A DNA stretch of 64,000 bases from Octopus sinensis (taxonomy: Eukaryota), in contig NC_043002.1 of NCBI RefSeq assembly GCF_006345805.1, positions 30,690,001-30,754,000 of the forward strand, given 5' to 3'. The notes below the pieces were generated by a model. That model saw only the letters and a list, made by a program, of their open reading frames with translations, had not been told where the DNA came from and did no database searches. Below, in pieces: positions 27,701 through 42,127 of this stretch. Each line of letters begins with the position of its first letter. The stretch's first letter is position 1. A program made the translations under genes and the position numbers.

Positions 27701-27990
27701 GCAAAGAAGAAAATGGAGAGAATATAAAATTGACAAACATCAGCCAGTAAACATTCCATTATATTTATTTATTACATATAAATAAACATGTTTTAAGTGT
27801 ATCTGTACATTCATCTAATATTATTCGTTAATTTCTCTTTAATATATCTGTTTACGCATTTATTAGCTGATCTCAATCGTTTACTTGTACCACTTAAATG
27901 CATGTTAGTTATCATTTACTAACTTGATATAATATAATGTTTACTGGCTGATGTTTGACGATTTTATATCCTCTCCATTTTCTTATTTGC
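27701..27990. repeat. Inverted repeat (55-bp arms 27701-27755 / 27936-27990, plus weaker inner arms)
   Basis: GCAAAGAAGAAAATGGAGAGAATATAAAATTGACAAACATCAGCCAGTAAACATT versus its near reverse complement. Confidence 0.9.
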
Positions 27991-28079
27991 TTTATGTATA
28001 TATATATACATAAAATAACAGAATGTGATTAAAAAATACAAGGATGTGAATAGTTTTTCAGAACATTCATAAAGAGAAG

Positions 28080-28127
28080 GTCTTACAGCTGTTTCCGTGA
28101 TATTTTATATATCCCTTCATCAGAGAC
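28080..28127 (-). ncRNA. Minimal type I hammerhead motif, with an inverted 5'-half copy at 28336-28370 (+)
   Basis: GTCT-CTGATGA-AGGGATAT-ATAAA-ATATCACG-GAAAC-AGCT-GTA-AGAC; helix I GTCT/AGAC. The plus-strand copy GTCT-CTGACGA-GGGATAT-ATAAA-ATATCCC lacks the GAAAC half. Confidence 0.75.
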
Positions 28128-28745
28128 GCTGTGAGAATATGTTTCAGTAATAATTATTAGAGAGAAGATATGAAATACAGAGTAAAGTGGAGGAATGAAA
28201 ACAAACTTGAGATACGTAAGGATATTGTATCTGCAGTTCCATTATCTAAGCATAATGGTGTATATATAAGCTGCTTGTAGCTTCTGCGTGATTTCCAAGC
28301 ATAGTATCTTTTAAACGGCGTTATTCGATCGCACCGTCTCTGACGAGGGGATATATAAAATATCCCGGAGAGAAGGAAACAGAGAAAAAAGATAAAAGCG
28401 TTGTTTCAATGAAGACTCTGGAAGAATGCGAAAAGAGAAATGAAATATATAGGTATGTGAACGGGAACGAGAGGGATTCTTGGAAAGGAATAGTCAAGTA
28501 ACATGGTGAAAGATGTTGACGGAGTAGGAGAGAGATTACAGTGGAGATTTAGATGGAGAGATAGAAAGACGAAGAAAAAGAGAAATGAAGGGAACAAGAG
28601 CACGTGCATGATGAAAGAAAGTATATAGACGAGAGGAAAGTGAGAGGGATTAGTGAATAACAAAAAGGAAACGTGATAGTGAAAGTGAAAGAATGACAAA
28701 GTAAAGTACTTTTCGAAGGTACGCGAAAGACAGACGGATAGTTAA

Positions 28746-28784
<39 letters not shown>

Positions 28785-28785
28785 T

Positions 28786-28820
<35 letters not shown>

Positions 28821-28874
28821 TATAGAGAGATAGATAGATAGATAGATAGATATATAGATATATAGAGAGATAGA

Positions 28875-28966
<92 letters not shown>

Positions 28967-28977
28967 CAGCTAGAGAG

Positions 28978-29023
<46 letters not shown>

Positions 29024-29275
29024 TGTGAGAGAAACGAGGGAAGAGAAAAAGTGTTAGAAATAGAAACTAGCAGTAATAAAAATGATGCGATTCGTGAAGG
29101 GAATCAAGAAAGGTTTCAAGAGGAAAATTAAAGCAAAAGCTCGGATAAATAGCGAAAAGATGGGGAGATGAGAAAGAATGAGAGAAGCGGGAAATAAAGG
29201 AGGAGGAGGAGGAGGAGGAGAAGAAGAAGAAGAAGAAGAAGAAGAAGAAAAAGAAGAAGAAGAAGAAGAAGAAGA

Positions 29276-29307
<32 letters not shown>

Positions 29308-29805
29308 TAATGCGTGTGATTGGTCTTCAATTCTCTTTTACGTAAGTTATGCGAGGGTGATGGACGGAGTACAAATATAAAGGTACGTGGAAATATATGG
29401 TGGTGGTGGTGGTGAGAGCGATAGAGGAAGATGAGGAGAGAAGGAGAGAGTGAGAGAGAAATATGCATATAATTATACGGCAGTAGTGACAGCAATGCGG
29501 GAGTGGTGACAGTGAACGAGGCACACACACATACAAACACACACACAGGTAGACAAATAGTGAGAGACAGAGAGAGAGACAGAGAGTCACACATACACAC
29601 AGGGAGAGAGTGTGTGTGAGTGTATGTTTGTGTATTGCAGGAGTGTGTGTGTGTGTGTGTATGTGCAATGAACATGGTTTTGTGAGATAGCTTAAAATAA
29701 AGACATGCATGGAGAAAAAAATGTATTATAAAAGACAAACCTGATACATAATGAAAGTAAAAGAGACGATCGAACTAATAACAACAGGAATATCAACGAC
29801 GACGA

Positions 29806-29884
<79 letters not shown>

Positions 29885-30376
29885 AATGATGATTTTCGAT
29901 GACGATGAGCAACACCATCGTGACAACAACCACCATCACCACCACCACCACCGCCATCACCATCATCCCACGATCACCACCACCATCATCCTCACCTTCA
30001 CCACCACCACCACCGCAACTGCAATGCTAATGATGATGATGATGATGACAATGAGGACGAAGACGATGATGAATAAATATATCGATGGTCGGTCATGATG
30101 AGACGTGAACGACGACGACGCCGTAGCCGATGACGAAGATGATGTTGATGACGATGACGGTGGCGATGACGGTGACGACGACGACGACGACGATGATGAT
30201 GATGATGATGATGATGATGACGATGATGGCGATAAAAACAAGATGTAAAACAGGAAGCAAAAATGAAGGGGAAAAATGCGACGTACAAAAAAAAAATATA
30301 ATTATGACTGAGAATAATGAAGTGAAAAAAAAATTAGACGACGGAGGGATAGACAGACTAACAAGACAACGAGCGT

Positions 30377-30528
<152 letters not shown>

Positions 30529-30811
30529 TATACACATATGCAGAAAGAGAGATAGTAATTGTCAAAGAAGCAGAGAGCTACAGATACTTAATCATGTATG
30601 ATAGCGGGTCACAAATAGATACCAATAGCAATATGAAGATATGGATATATGCATAGCTACGAGATGATCATGTAAGTGCACATACATACACCTTAATGTA
30701 ATGCATATTTATATATACACGCACAGACACACACTCGTGCACACACGCAGAAGTGTGTGAACATGTAGTAACAGCAACAGTAGTAGCATTAACTGGAGCA
30801 CCAGAAGCACC

Positions 30812-30862
<51 letters not shown>

Positions 30863-30869
30863 TATTGAG

Positions 30870-30905
<36 letters not shown>

Positions 30906-31881
30906 TATTGGATGATCTGATAATGTTGAACACGAAAAAAAAAATTAAAGAATCTCACAGAAATGAGAGAATGATTGAAAGACAAAGAAAAAAAATAAGT
31001 AAAGAAGAGAGGATAGGTAAGAACGGATAAAAATTGTCGCAGTGAATCCACCAATGTCGGGGAAAAAAACAGAATTGAGAAGGAGAAAAAATGTTAGAAA
31101 TATTAGTTCTGGGAGAGATTAAATAAAAGAAATGTATGACGATGTCATTAATATTGGAATTGATATTAAATGTGGTGAAAAAAATAGGAGGCACTGTGGT
31201 ATTACGTTAAGTAATTATGATTTCTTTGATTACACTCCCTATCAAAAATAGATTTCTAACCAGAAAAGACAATGTGAGGTTATGGGTTTCATGCTACTAT
31301 CCAGTAACTCGAAAGAATAATTTTGACGTTTTCCTACTTGCCAAGTATCGAAATGGTGCGGTTGTTAAAGCGTCGTTTTACGTAGTTATTAACTAGGTAT
31401 CTTTAGTTTCGAAGATCAAATCCGTCCAGGATTAACTATTATAAGTTGTTTTTCCTACCGCACTAGACAAAACTGATGTACGTTGTAGTCATTCCTTAAA
31501 ATTGATGGCCGTGAGCTAAAATTTGAAACCAATATCATAATAAATCTTCGGTTATAACTAATTATTTATCATAATTGATATTAAATTGTTTTGGAAGAAT
31601 CTGCTGAGGTGGCAGGATCGTTAGCACGCCAGGCAAAATGCATAGCTGCAATACGTCCGTATTTACGTTCTTACTTCGAAATCGATAAAATAAGAATCTG
31701 TTGAGCACTGGGGTATATCTAATGGACTTACCCACTCTGCCAAACTTACTGCCCTTGTGCAAAAATTTTAAATCAGTATGAAATTTTGGGGTGTGAATGT
31801 GTAATTGTTTTTAAACGTTGGATATTGTTAAAAATTATGGTCCAAAACCAGAAACCTTATATCTAGACAAATACTATTTTA

Positions 31882-32090
31882 TTTTTCGATCGCATGTATT
31901 TTGTTTTCGCGTCGTTCATTTTAAGGCTTACTGTTGAACTATGTGTGCCCAGCTCTGTTAGCATGGCCTGCAGCTGACCTGTAGATTCGGCGATGGATAC
32001 GGCATCATCTGCGAATCGGAGCTGTTGCAATATATCTCCACAGTTGTTCACACCAACTGTCCAGTCAATACCACTGACGACCATTTCGAG
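31882..32090 (-). pseudogene. RTE-clade LINE reverse transcriptase fragment
   Basis: GVNNCGDILQQLRFADDAVSIAESTGQLQAMLTEL...VSLKMNDAKTKYM (FADD motif in RTE-like context). Confidence 0.88.
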
Positions 32091-32299
32091 GAGAATAAGT
32101 TTAAGATGGAAGGAATTTACCAAAGAAAAAAAAAAGTTCTGCTTAAAGCAAAACAACACAAAACCATGCGTTTCAGACTCTTTAATAACACTATCCTACT
32201 TTCACACTAAAGCACAACAGAGATATTAGTTCCTGCCTTATGATGTAAACTAGTGTTGATTTCCTTTTCAGATTGTGCTTGACTTCAGAAAAATGGAGA

Positions 32300-32660
32300 A
32301 AGCAGGCAGATTATAAGAATACAAGTCGTCTCAGGAATAGAAAATGAAGCTGAAGGTGCATACAGTCTGCGCCGTCAAAATAACTGTTTGATGAGTAGTG
32401 AGGGGCATATCAAGGTACCTCACATCTTTAATTCAAACCGGAAGGTGAAGCCCTGGATTGTTTCAACAAGTTTCTGTAGCCTCATACACGGCTAAGAAGA
32501 TCTCAAGCAACTTTTACGAACATGCAATTCTTCGACATGTGACATACCTCTACAGACTTCTGGACTATTTTTAGCTGATCGCTATTTTAGTAAATCGCCA
32601 ACAACCACTGCCTGCAATATTAAGGACGAGCTGAAAGAGTGTATTTGCCAGAAAGTCTAA
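32300..32660 (+). pseudogene. Degenerate Tc1/mariner (DD37D/maT-like) transposase fragment
   Basis: MSSEGHIKVPHIF, PWI-FQQVSVASYTAKK..SNFYE and TTACNIKDELK resemble VSSEGDVMPPFIF / WQQDSAPCHT / ACNTKDEL (recalled consensus). Confidence 0.55.
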
Positions 32661-34093
32661 TATTTATCAGCTACAACCGCGAAACACGCCTGTTTTTTTT
32701 TTATTATTCCGCAGTCATGTTGGGGATATTATTAAATGAAGTTTATATTGAATAATTATGTACGATACAAGTCCAGTAATTTTCTGTATCTTGAATTTTC
32801 AATTAATCTTAAAGTACTTATAGTTTTTTTGTTTTTTTTAAAACTGTATCGGCCGCATCAATTCTAAGTCTACAGCCTGTACAAAACAGCTAGATTAAAA
32901 CATGATTAACGTTTTATGAGTAGCGTCTCATTAATAGTGGATTTGACGTATTAGTTGGCTTAGCGATAGAAGGACAAAGCTTAGATATACCCATTCCCTG
33001 GGTTATACAATTCTCGTGTAATATCTAATAATTTGGTGAGAAAATTTTAATAAATTTTTCCAACAAATATGTGAATAGTTAAGTTCGTTATTACTGACAT
33101 TTCACAACTGGGAAAAAATATTTGGAAATAAAGTGACGCCGGTATCACCTATGCCGAGGGAGTTTGACAGTCGCTGGGAGGGAAGAAATAAAGAAATAAG
33201 CTGTCTAAATAAGATTTTGCGTTGTTGGCTTGAAAATGCATTTTAGGGGAACACGTATGAAAAAATACATTTTGTGGTTACTATATTATCTTCGAGAATG
33301 TGAAAAGGTTTTTGGCCAAGAGAATCGTTCATTTCTAACTGCAGAACAAGAGCAAGAAAGAAATCAGTGTGACGGCGTGTCTATCACTTGTCTATCTCCC
33401 CAATGTCTGGTGATCTGGTGATGAATGATACTAGTAACTTGGGATTTACGAGAGTATATGATATAGTAGTGTTTGTAAGAAATAGTTTGTAATCAGAGAA
33501 TACTAAAACAGTGCGAAAATAATATGACAATCGAAGCTCTTTGCATACAATAAATCAATAAGTCACAATGTGATTGCTGGGCCAGTATTAATACCAATAT
33601 TTTGGCTATTGATTTCAAGCTAGATAAAATCGGAGTCATACATATAAAAACCCAGGGGTTAATGAAAACAACCAAAAACTTTTACATCAGTAGTGATATA
33701 AAGCGTATCTGCATCAAACGAAAACAAGGAGATAGAAATGTTATATCAGAGGTTACATTGTATCAGCTCGTCATTATTTACTAAGCATCAAGTGTGGCAG
33801 TGCAGTCTTGGAAAATAATTGCATGAAAATGAGAAATATAACACGCACATACATACACACTCACACACAGACACAGACACACAGACACACCACACACGTA
33901 TACATACACCTCACACACACATAACTATACGCATGCATATACACATATATATACGTATACATACACATATACATATATATATATATACATACACATATAT
34001 ATATACATATATATATGTGCATGTGTGTATGTATATGTATGTCTCTCTTTCTATATATATCAATCTCTTTATCTATCTATCTAGCTAGCTATC

Positions 34094-34159
<66 letters not shown>

Positions 34160-34576
34160 GAAGTGCACAAAATATTTTTGTGCACAGAGAGGAGCCCTTT
34201 GACAGGACTCGTTATATGCTATAAAAGGCAGTTAAAACCCAAACCACGGAAAAAATGAATTCATGAGGCACGCTGTTATCACACCAGAACGAACCAAAAA
34301 TTGAATTAGTAAATTGAACTAATTTGTAATCTGTACATCGTCAGCGAGATCGCAAATTAATGAATAATTACGAAATTGCTAATACGTACTGAAATGAATT
34401 TCGCAAGGCAGCTACATCGTTATCCATTATGGATTCGAACTTAGTGTCCATGCGTAAACATATAGTCCAGCAGTAAATAAACAAATTCACAATTGTGTCT
34501 TATATAGCCTCAGAATTATAAATATTACTATCGTAAATATATAGCTTGTAAGGAATCCTGTGAAAGGTCTCCTGTA

Positions 34577-34623
<47 letters not shown>

Positions 34624-34651
34624 TCTCTCTCTTTCTCTCTCTCGCTCTACG

Positions 34652-34684
<33 letters not shown>

Positions 34685-34783
34685 ATATGTATCTATGTAC
34701 ATATATATATATGTGTATATATGTACACGTATATGTATGTGTATATGTATATATTTGTGCATATATATATGCATATGTGTGTG

Positions 34784-34818
<35 letters not shown>

Positions 34819-35024
34819 CAAATATGTATAGATAAATGTAAATATATAATTCCAAGAGAGTTAGAGTTTGTGAACCTAACCAACGAAGGGATAATATCTA
34901 TCTAATATACCACTAGTAGAATATATAATTATTTATACACATGTGTTTTTATTGCGTGGCAATTACACTACTGAATGTAATAAGTGGGTGAGAGTAAACA
35001 GTTGTTTTACCCTTAATTTATATG

Positions 35025-35335
35025 GCAATAAGAAAATGGAAGGGATCAAGAGGTGGTATTCATCAACTATTAAACATTATGTTATGTCTATTTATTTATT
35101 TTTTGAAAAACAATTATAACAATATACATACATGTATAACCTATTATGCTTTACATATATAAATATACCAGTAATTATTTGAATATATAACGTAAAACAT
35201 AAAAAGTAGAGTAGTTTCTTACAGCTGTTTCAGCCAAGAGGTCATAGTACCACACTTTACTTCTATCCCTTCAGTGAACTGAAGTATTTAGTAGATATGA
35301 ATACCACCGCTTGATCCCCTCCATTTTCTTATTGC
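35025..35335. mobile_element. Inverted-repeat-bounded element with a degenerate hammerhead (35216-35278, -)
   Basis: Arms GCAATAAGAAAATGGA(A/G)GGGATCAAG(A/C)GGTGGTATTCAT at 35025-35063 / 35297-35335. Inside: GAAACAGCTGTA-AGAA, with the core shortened by 3 nt (ATCCCTTCAG vs ATCCCTTCATCAG at 28111). Confidence 0.7.
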
Positions 35336-35339
35336 TGTA

Positions 35340-35500
35340 TATATATATATAAAGGAGAGTTTGTATGTGCATTCGTGCGTATGTTCGCTATGCATTCCGA
35401 AACCGAGTTGCCGATTTTCACGTATGGGATGTCAAAAGATTCAGTAGGCTTTTGGATATCAACTAAACTATGTTTTCATTCCTATATTTGCATTAGAGAA
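35340..35500 (+). mobile_element. Possible non-autonomous Helitron-like 5' end
   Basis: (TA)n-AAAGGAGAGTTTGTATGTG...TATGTTCGCTATGCATTCCGAAACC...CCGATTTTCAC resembles recalled Helitron/DINE-like heads; no 3' CTRR end identified. Confidence 0.3.
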
Positions 35501-35697
35501 ATTCAACATTATCATTTTTAGTTTAGTCAACAATCGTAAATGACATTTTATATTAACGCAACAATGACGATGACGTCATATTTTCTATACGTGCGTGTTC
35601 GCACGTTCGTTACCTACGTTATGCCGATAACTGACAAGTATATGAGTGTGACGGTGTGTGTGTCTGCCAGTATACATACATCTTTGTGACCACTGGG

Positions 35698-35730
<33 letters not shown>

Positions 35731-36328
35731 TCTAAAGGCGGAGACAGATTCACACAGAGATAGAGAGAGGCTTCAGGTGTGCGTTAATATGTTTGTATCT
35801 TAGTTTATGTATGTGACGTATCTTTCCTCGCCGATAATGCGCCGATACTGAAAGTTATATATCTCAGATGCAGCACGGAATTTTTTCAGTGTACAGGTCG
35901 CGGTCCCAAAGCAACGAAAATATTTTGACAAATGACAAAATATTTTGATAAATGTTGAAGTGAATCTAATGGTTTTTGTGTGTTTCTTAAATGGCTTATA
36001 AACAGCTTCCACGCTGCAATTGTTTTCGTTTCAGCACATGATCTAAGATCAGGTTACTTGCTATGCAAGTACATCTCCGTAATATATATATATATATAAA
36101 AGTTATGAAAGTCATATATATATGACAGGAGTGGCTCTGTGGTAAGTAGCTTTCTAACCAACCTCATGGTTCCGGGTTCAGTCCCACTGCGTGGCATCTT
36201 GGGCAACTGCCTTCGGCTATAGCCCCGCTCCGACCAATGCCTTGTGAGTGGATTTGGTAGACGGAAACTGAAAGAAGCCTATTGTATATATATATATATA
36301 TATGTATGTATATATATATATATTATAT

Positions 36329-36360
<32 letters not shown>

Positions 36361-36612
36361 ATATGTATGTGTGTGTGTATGTGTGTCTGTGTTTGTCCCC
36401 CTAGCATTGCTTGACAACCGATGCTGGTGTGCTTACGTCCCCGTCACTTAGCGGTTCGGCAAAAGAGATCGATAGAATAATTACTGGGCTTACAAAGAAT
36501 AAGTCCCGGATTGATTTGCTCGACTAAAGGCGGTGCTCCAGCATGGCCGCAGTCAAATGACTGAAACAAGTAAAAAAAAGAATATATATATATATACATA
36601 ATGTTTTTTTGT

Positions 36613-36880
36613 AATGAGATATAAAACCAAGGTTGTGTAGATTTTAGAACGCTCATGAATAGAAGGTCTTACAGCTGTTTCTAGGATACTTATATTTTTT
36701 CACAGCCTTGGTTTTTTTATCTCATTGCGAAAATTTTTTTTTATATACACACGCTGGTATATGACCTAAGTTGGACTCCTTATTTGCATAATCACCGAAT
36801 CTGGAACTTAACTATATTCTATCCATAGCACTTAATCAGCATTACCTGACACCTTTGGATCTTTCACTGACACTATACCT
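36613..36880. mobile_element. PLE-terminus-like element: inverted arms 36613-36637 / 36701-36726 enclosing the 3' half of a hammerhead (-)
   Basis: AATGAGATATAAAACCAAGGTTGTG versus CACAGCCTTGGTTTTTTTATCTCATT. Contains AGAAGGTCTTACAGCTGTTTC, identical to 28075-28095. Confidence 0.7.
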
Positions 36881-36888
36881 CTCATAAA

Positions 36889-37003
<115 letters not shown>

Positions 37004-38218
37004 TCATATATACTGTATATTTTCCACATATCAGCAGAAACACTTAATGATAACGTCCAACTGAAGTTTAAAGACAACAAAGCTACTGTAAATTGAAAAT
37101 AATTTTGAGCCAGTATTTTGTTTCCTTTTCTTATTCTAAATGCCCACTCATGATTCATTCACGAGAGAATAATAAACGAAATATGCATTTACAAAAGAAT
37201 CGACGAGCAATATAGGTCATATAAATTTATGGTTCAAGATATGATTGGCAATGTTAACAGTTGTATGTTAATACAAATTTCATAGACTTTCTGTCATGAC
37301 ACCATTTCTTGATAGGAAACATTTCAGTAGCAAGCGCATACATTCACACAAAGTTAATATAAATATAGCGATGTACGCTCAATAGACGATATGCACACAA
37401 ACACCCTATCATATATTCAGTCAGGCACGTAAAATAACATAGAAATAGACGTACTACCACATATAAAGCGTTATATATTATTTTGCAGAATATGTAGAAA
37501 ACCGTTTAATGCAAACATTATAAATGCTATATGAAGATGTTTAAAGACCATCCCACTGAAGAAGGTACAGTGCCCATGACACTTTTCGGAAACAAACTCT
37601 TGAATGGAAAGATCTAAGAAAATTTATCCTCAGACTGCTGTGTTGGCCAGAATGAATGAAATGTTGGGAACCTGCTAAATAAATGGCAAGATCTCAATGA
37701 AATACAGTGATACACACACAGACATACACACACATGTGTGTGTGTGTGTGTGTGTATGTGTGTATGCTTGTGTGTGTGTGTATGACAGGCTTCTTTCAGT
37801 TTCCACCTAACAAATTCACTGACAAGGATTTGGTCGGCAGGAGGCTATAGCAGAGAACACTGACCCAAGGTAACGCGTTGTGGGACGGAATCCGGAGCCG
37901 TGTCGTTGCGAAGCAAACCACGCACCCCCACCACACGCACGCACACACTCACATACACACACACGTGTATGTGTACACACTTATAATTATGCATTCAAAG
38001 ATGAAACGGCACGAGTCGTTCCTATGAGTTTCTCGAAAATCCAAGACCGAAAGCATGCAACACTAACTTGAAGTTGTAACGCCTGTGAAATTTGCTATAA
38101 ATACGCAATATTTCCCCGCTCTATCTCAATATAATCAGCTATGTTTGCCTTAATTGCGGCTTCAACGGTGATAAGAAATAATAAACTGTATCTCCCCTTC
38201 TCGCTCTATATGTACCTG

Positions 38219-38264
<46 letters not shown>

Positions 38265-38265
<1 letters not shown>

Positions 38266-39047
38266 GGGGCGAACCTGGACGTCGACGAGGAGTACCTGAC
38301 CCGCCTGTTCGGACGACTTTCGGGCCAGGGCCCATGCAACTTCCAGAGATCCCTGGCCGGCAGTGCTACGAGGAGCGCTACCCGTTAGGGTAAGCTCTAC
38401 AGACACGGCTCGAGAAACACGGGGCCGACCTGCCCGAGATGCGGTCAGAGCGACGAACCGTTCTGCACGCACTCGTTCAGTGTCCAACAATTTCCGACCT
38501 GTGGGCTTATGTCGAACAACGCTGTCACGTGTGGGACGAGTCGGTTTATCAGCTGAGTCTATCGTCAATATTTTCCACGCCTCCTTCCTTCAAAACGGGA
38601 AGGAAGAGCTATTTTCATCATCCTGTGGCTATGGCGAAAGAATGTATCTGGTGGACGCGTCTGAAAGGATTGGAGACAAACACTTTCCTCTTGGTCAATC
38701 TCTCATCAACTTCTTCAAGTACCACTTGAAAAGGAAAGTGAGAGTAGAGAGGCAAGTTTTGTCTAGCGAATGTTTTAAAAAAAGATGGGTGAATGTAGCA
38801 AGAATGGCACGTTATGAATGACGAAGCAACCTTGAGCATAGTCTATGACCCAGAAATCGAAAACAGAGAGTTGCTTATTTGCAAAAAAAAAAAAAAAAAA
38901 GAAATATAAATGTGACTTCATTGACCGAGGTTACCGTGGTCTTTTCTGCAGGCTTTTCTTTCACGGGTAAACCTCACCTGTCCTCCCCTTTACACTTATA
39001 TTGACATTTCTGTGATAACGATCCTATTGATCATTTTTTTTTCCTCT

Positions 39048-39096
<49 letters not shown>

Positions 39097-39152
39097 CCCT
39101 TATTTTGTCCTCTCTCTCCTTTTACGATCCCTTTTGATCGAACCTCCCCCTT

Positions 39153-39193
<41 letters not shown>

Positions 39194-39265
39194 CCTTCAA
39201 AAGAAAAGCTTCTACCTTGTAATTTGTTCTATCTGTGTGCAGCCCTGTGTGGCTAATAAAGAAAC
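38265..39265 (+). mobile_element. Second 5'-truncated Tx1-like copy, inserted in (TATC)n
   Basis: Clearly homologous to 10179-11168 over its length; (TATC)n immediately upstream (38221-38264) and downstream (39267-~39404); AATAAA at 39255. Confidence 0.88.
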
Positions 39266-39292
39266 ATATCTATCTATCTATCTATCTATCTA

Positions 39293-39323
<31 letters not shown>

Positions 39324-39340
39324 TATCTATCTTTCTATCA

Positions 39341-39404
<64 letters not shown>

Positions 39405-39969
39405 GTCTTCCCTTCTCCCCCTCTCTCTTTTTGACCGCTAAATGATTTAGCGGTCAATCATGTGACCCAATATATCTATGCATATAGATAGATAGATATT
39501 TAGATATATAGGTAGATAGATAGATAATTAGATAGATAGATAGACACATATAGATAAAGAAAAGTATATATATATATATATATTATATATATATATATAT
39601 ATATAGTATTAGTGACAGGAGGTGCAAATGAGGGTAGCAACATCAGACTCCCTTACTTACCAAATGCTACGTATTAGAGGAGGCTCTCAACAATGACAGT
39701 GTAGCAAAACAGCGGTGCCCCAGCATGGCCACATCTTTGAACTGAATCTGATAAAATAGAAAATATATATATAAGAAATTGTGTGCATATGCTTCTATGT
39801 TCATGTATTGCATTGCGTACACAATCGTTTCTCAACGTGAATGGATGTGTTCATTCGTTTGTGTGTAATTGTCTCTCTCAGTCCCTCTTTCTCTGACTGT
39901 CTGTCTGCATGTGAGTGGATGACTGTGTGTGTTTGTGCGTCTGTGTGGAGGAGGTGGGTTGTGTGTGTT

Positions 39970-40015
<46 letters not shown>

Positions 40016-40597
40016 TGAGTTGGGGTGCATACTACATCACATAGTTAATGACCCTGTCTATTTAGACAAGAAACACAGTTGCCCCCACAAGGCCCCATTT
40101 TCCATCACTTGCCATCACACTACAACCTAGTGCTTGTACATGTTAATGTTGTTGTTGTTGTTGCTGTTGTTGTTGTTTTTGCTCTTGTTTCTGTTGTTAT
40201 TGTTGTTGTTTTTGTTGTTGCTGTTGTTAACGTGTCAGATTTTGATTGATTTATCTTCCATTTTATTTGACTTCATATATTTACCAAAATAATTCTACGT
40301 TAAAGAAACGCATATCTACCCCACACCTCACATATATATGTGCGATTCTACACACGGACACACACACATTTCATGTATATGTATGCATAAATATATACAT
40401 GTTATACATGTGTGTTATAACTGCGTGTATGTAAGTATGTACGTATGTGTGTATCTCTTTCTCACTCTCTCTCTCTCTCTCACTATATATACATACATAC
40501 AAACATATATAAACATATATTTATACATATATATATATACATACCTACATAGATGTTCTTATGCATATGCATAACTCGTACAATCACACGTGCGTGT

Positions 40598-40632
<35 letters not shown>

Positions 40633-41015
40633 GCATGTATGTGTATATGCAGGTATGTATGTGTATATATATATATACATATACACGCATAGAGGGAGAC
40701 TCACATACGCGCATACACGTATTCACACAGCTAAAAAGTGTCATACAAAATATGTGTGGTGGAAGTTATCCACCTCATACACAGAAACATTCACATGTGT
40801 TCAGAAATTATAATTTCTAAATATTACCTTTTATCATTGTTATTTTGTTGTAAAAGAATAAAAAGAGTGTTCATTTTTATTTATTTCTGTATTTTACTAC
40901 CTTCTAGCGTTCGCGGGTCAATGAAATACATTGCCATTCAGGCGCTGATCTTGATGAAATCATGTGTTCAATGGCTTCAAGTTTCAACCCTTGTAGCTCT
41001 GTTAATAAAAATGGA

Positions 41016-41068
<53 letters not shown>

Positions 41069-41069
<1 letters not shown>

Positions 41070-41299
41070 GATGCTCCCCAATACTTCTGCTCGTGATCAG
41101 AGATGCACATATCGCCAGACACTAAGGGACATGCCCAACTGGTTGAGGTGAAACAAATGACAAGTCCCTTTGTGGTATTGAGCTGAATATTTGCTGTAGA
41201 CCATATTTTATACCAAGACAAAACATTGTACATGATGACATTTCCAATCAGTTAAGATCAGAAGCCATGAGAGCCACTATCTGGTACTGCATCAGGGCA

Positions 41300-41359
<60 letters not shown>

Positions 41360-41431
41360 ATTATAAATATTATTTTTATCATGCTGCTCTTCTTCTTCTT
41401 CTTCTTCTACTACTTACTACTACTACTACTG

Positions 41432-41496
<65 letters not shown>

Positions 41497-42110
41497 TCTT
41501 CTTCTTCTTCTTCTACTTCTACTTCTTCTTCTCCTACTTTTACTTCTCTCTTCTTCTTCTTCTTTCTTCTTCTTATTATTATTATTATTATTGAGTGAGA
41601 GAGCAGTTCATGCCATCAAAGTGACACTGGGGTAAAATATACGAAGCCCAATATACCCATCATGACTACGCGTCTGATAAAGGTACACCAGGCACATGCA
41701 TCACAACCATATGTGCGCGACATGGTGATCTCATATCAAGATAAACAGCACATGACCTTGCAGGTGGGGCCCAGTTAGAATTTTCTTCAGGTTGAGTAGC
41801 CCATCCCGCTCAAACGGTCCCTGAATAAGGGTTGTTTAAGGATGTTGAAAGAACCACCCATGTTTCCAGAGGTGAACTATTCAAACCCCAAAGAATCCCT
41901 CTCAACACATGGCTATGATGCTCCCCCACTACTTCTGCTCGTGATCAGAGATGCACATATCGTCAGCCACTAAGGGACATGCTCAACTGGTTATGGTCAA
42001 ACAACTGACAAGCAAATCTGTGGTATTGAGCAGAATATTTGCTGTAGCCCATCTTTTATACCAAGACAAAACAATGTACATGATAACACTTCCAATCAGT
42101 TACACTAGCC
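41069..42110 (-). mobile_element. Two overlapping fragments (41069-41298 and 41591-42110) of an ORF-less interspersed element abutting (ATT)n
   Basis: Shared ATGCTCCCC..ACTTCTGCTCGTGATCAGAGATGCACATATCG...CCAATCAGTTA; the true ends sit against (ATT)n tracts. Confidence 0.75.
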
Positions 42111-42127
42111 ACGACTCATCCCGTACT

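Noticed and set aside
37553-37605. Plus-strand hammerhead (CTGAAGA...GGAAAC)
   Set aside because: Helix III not palindromic and helix I unpaired.
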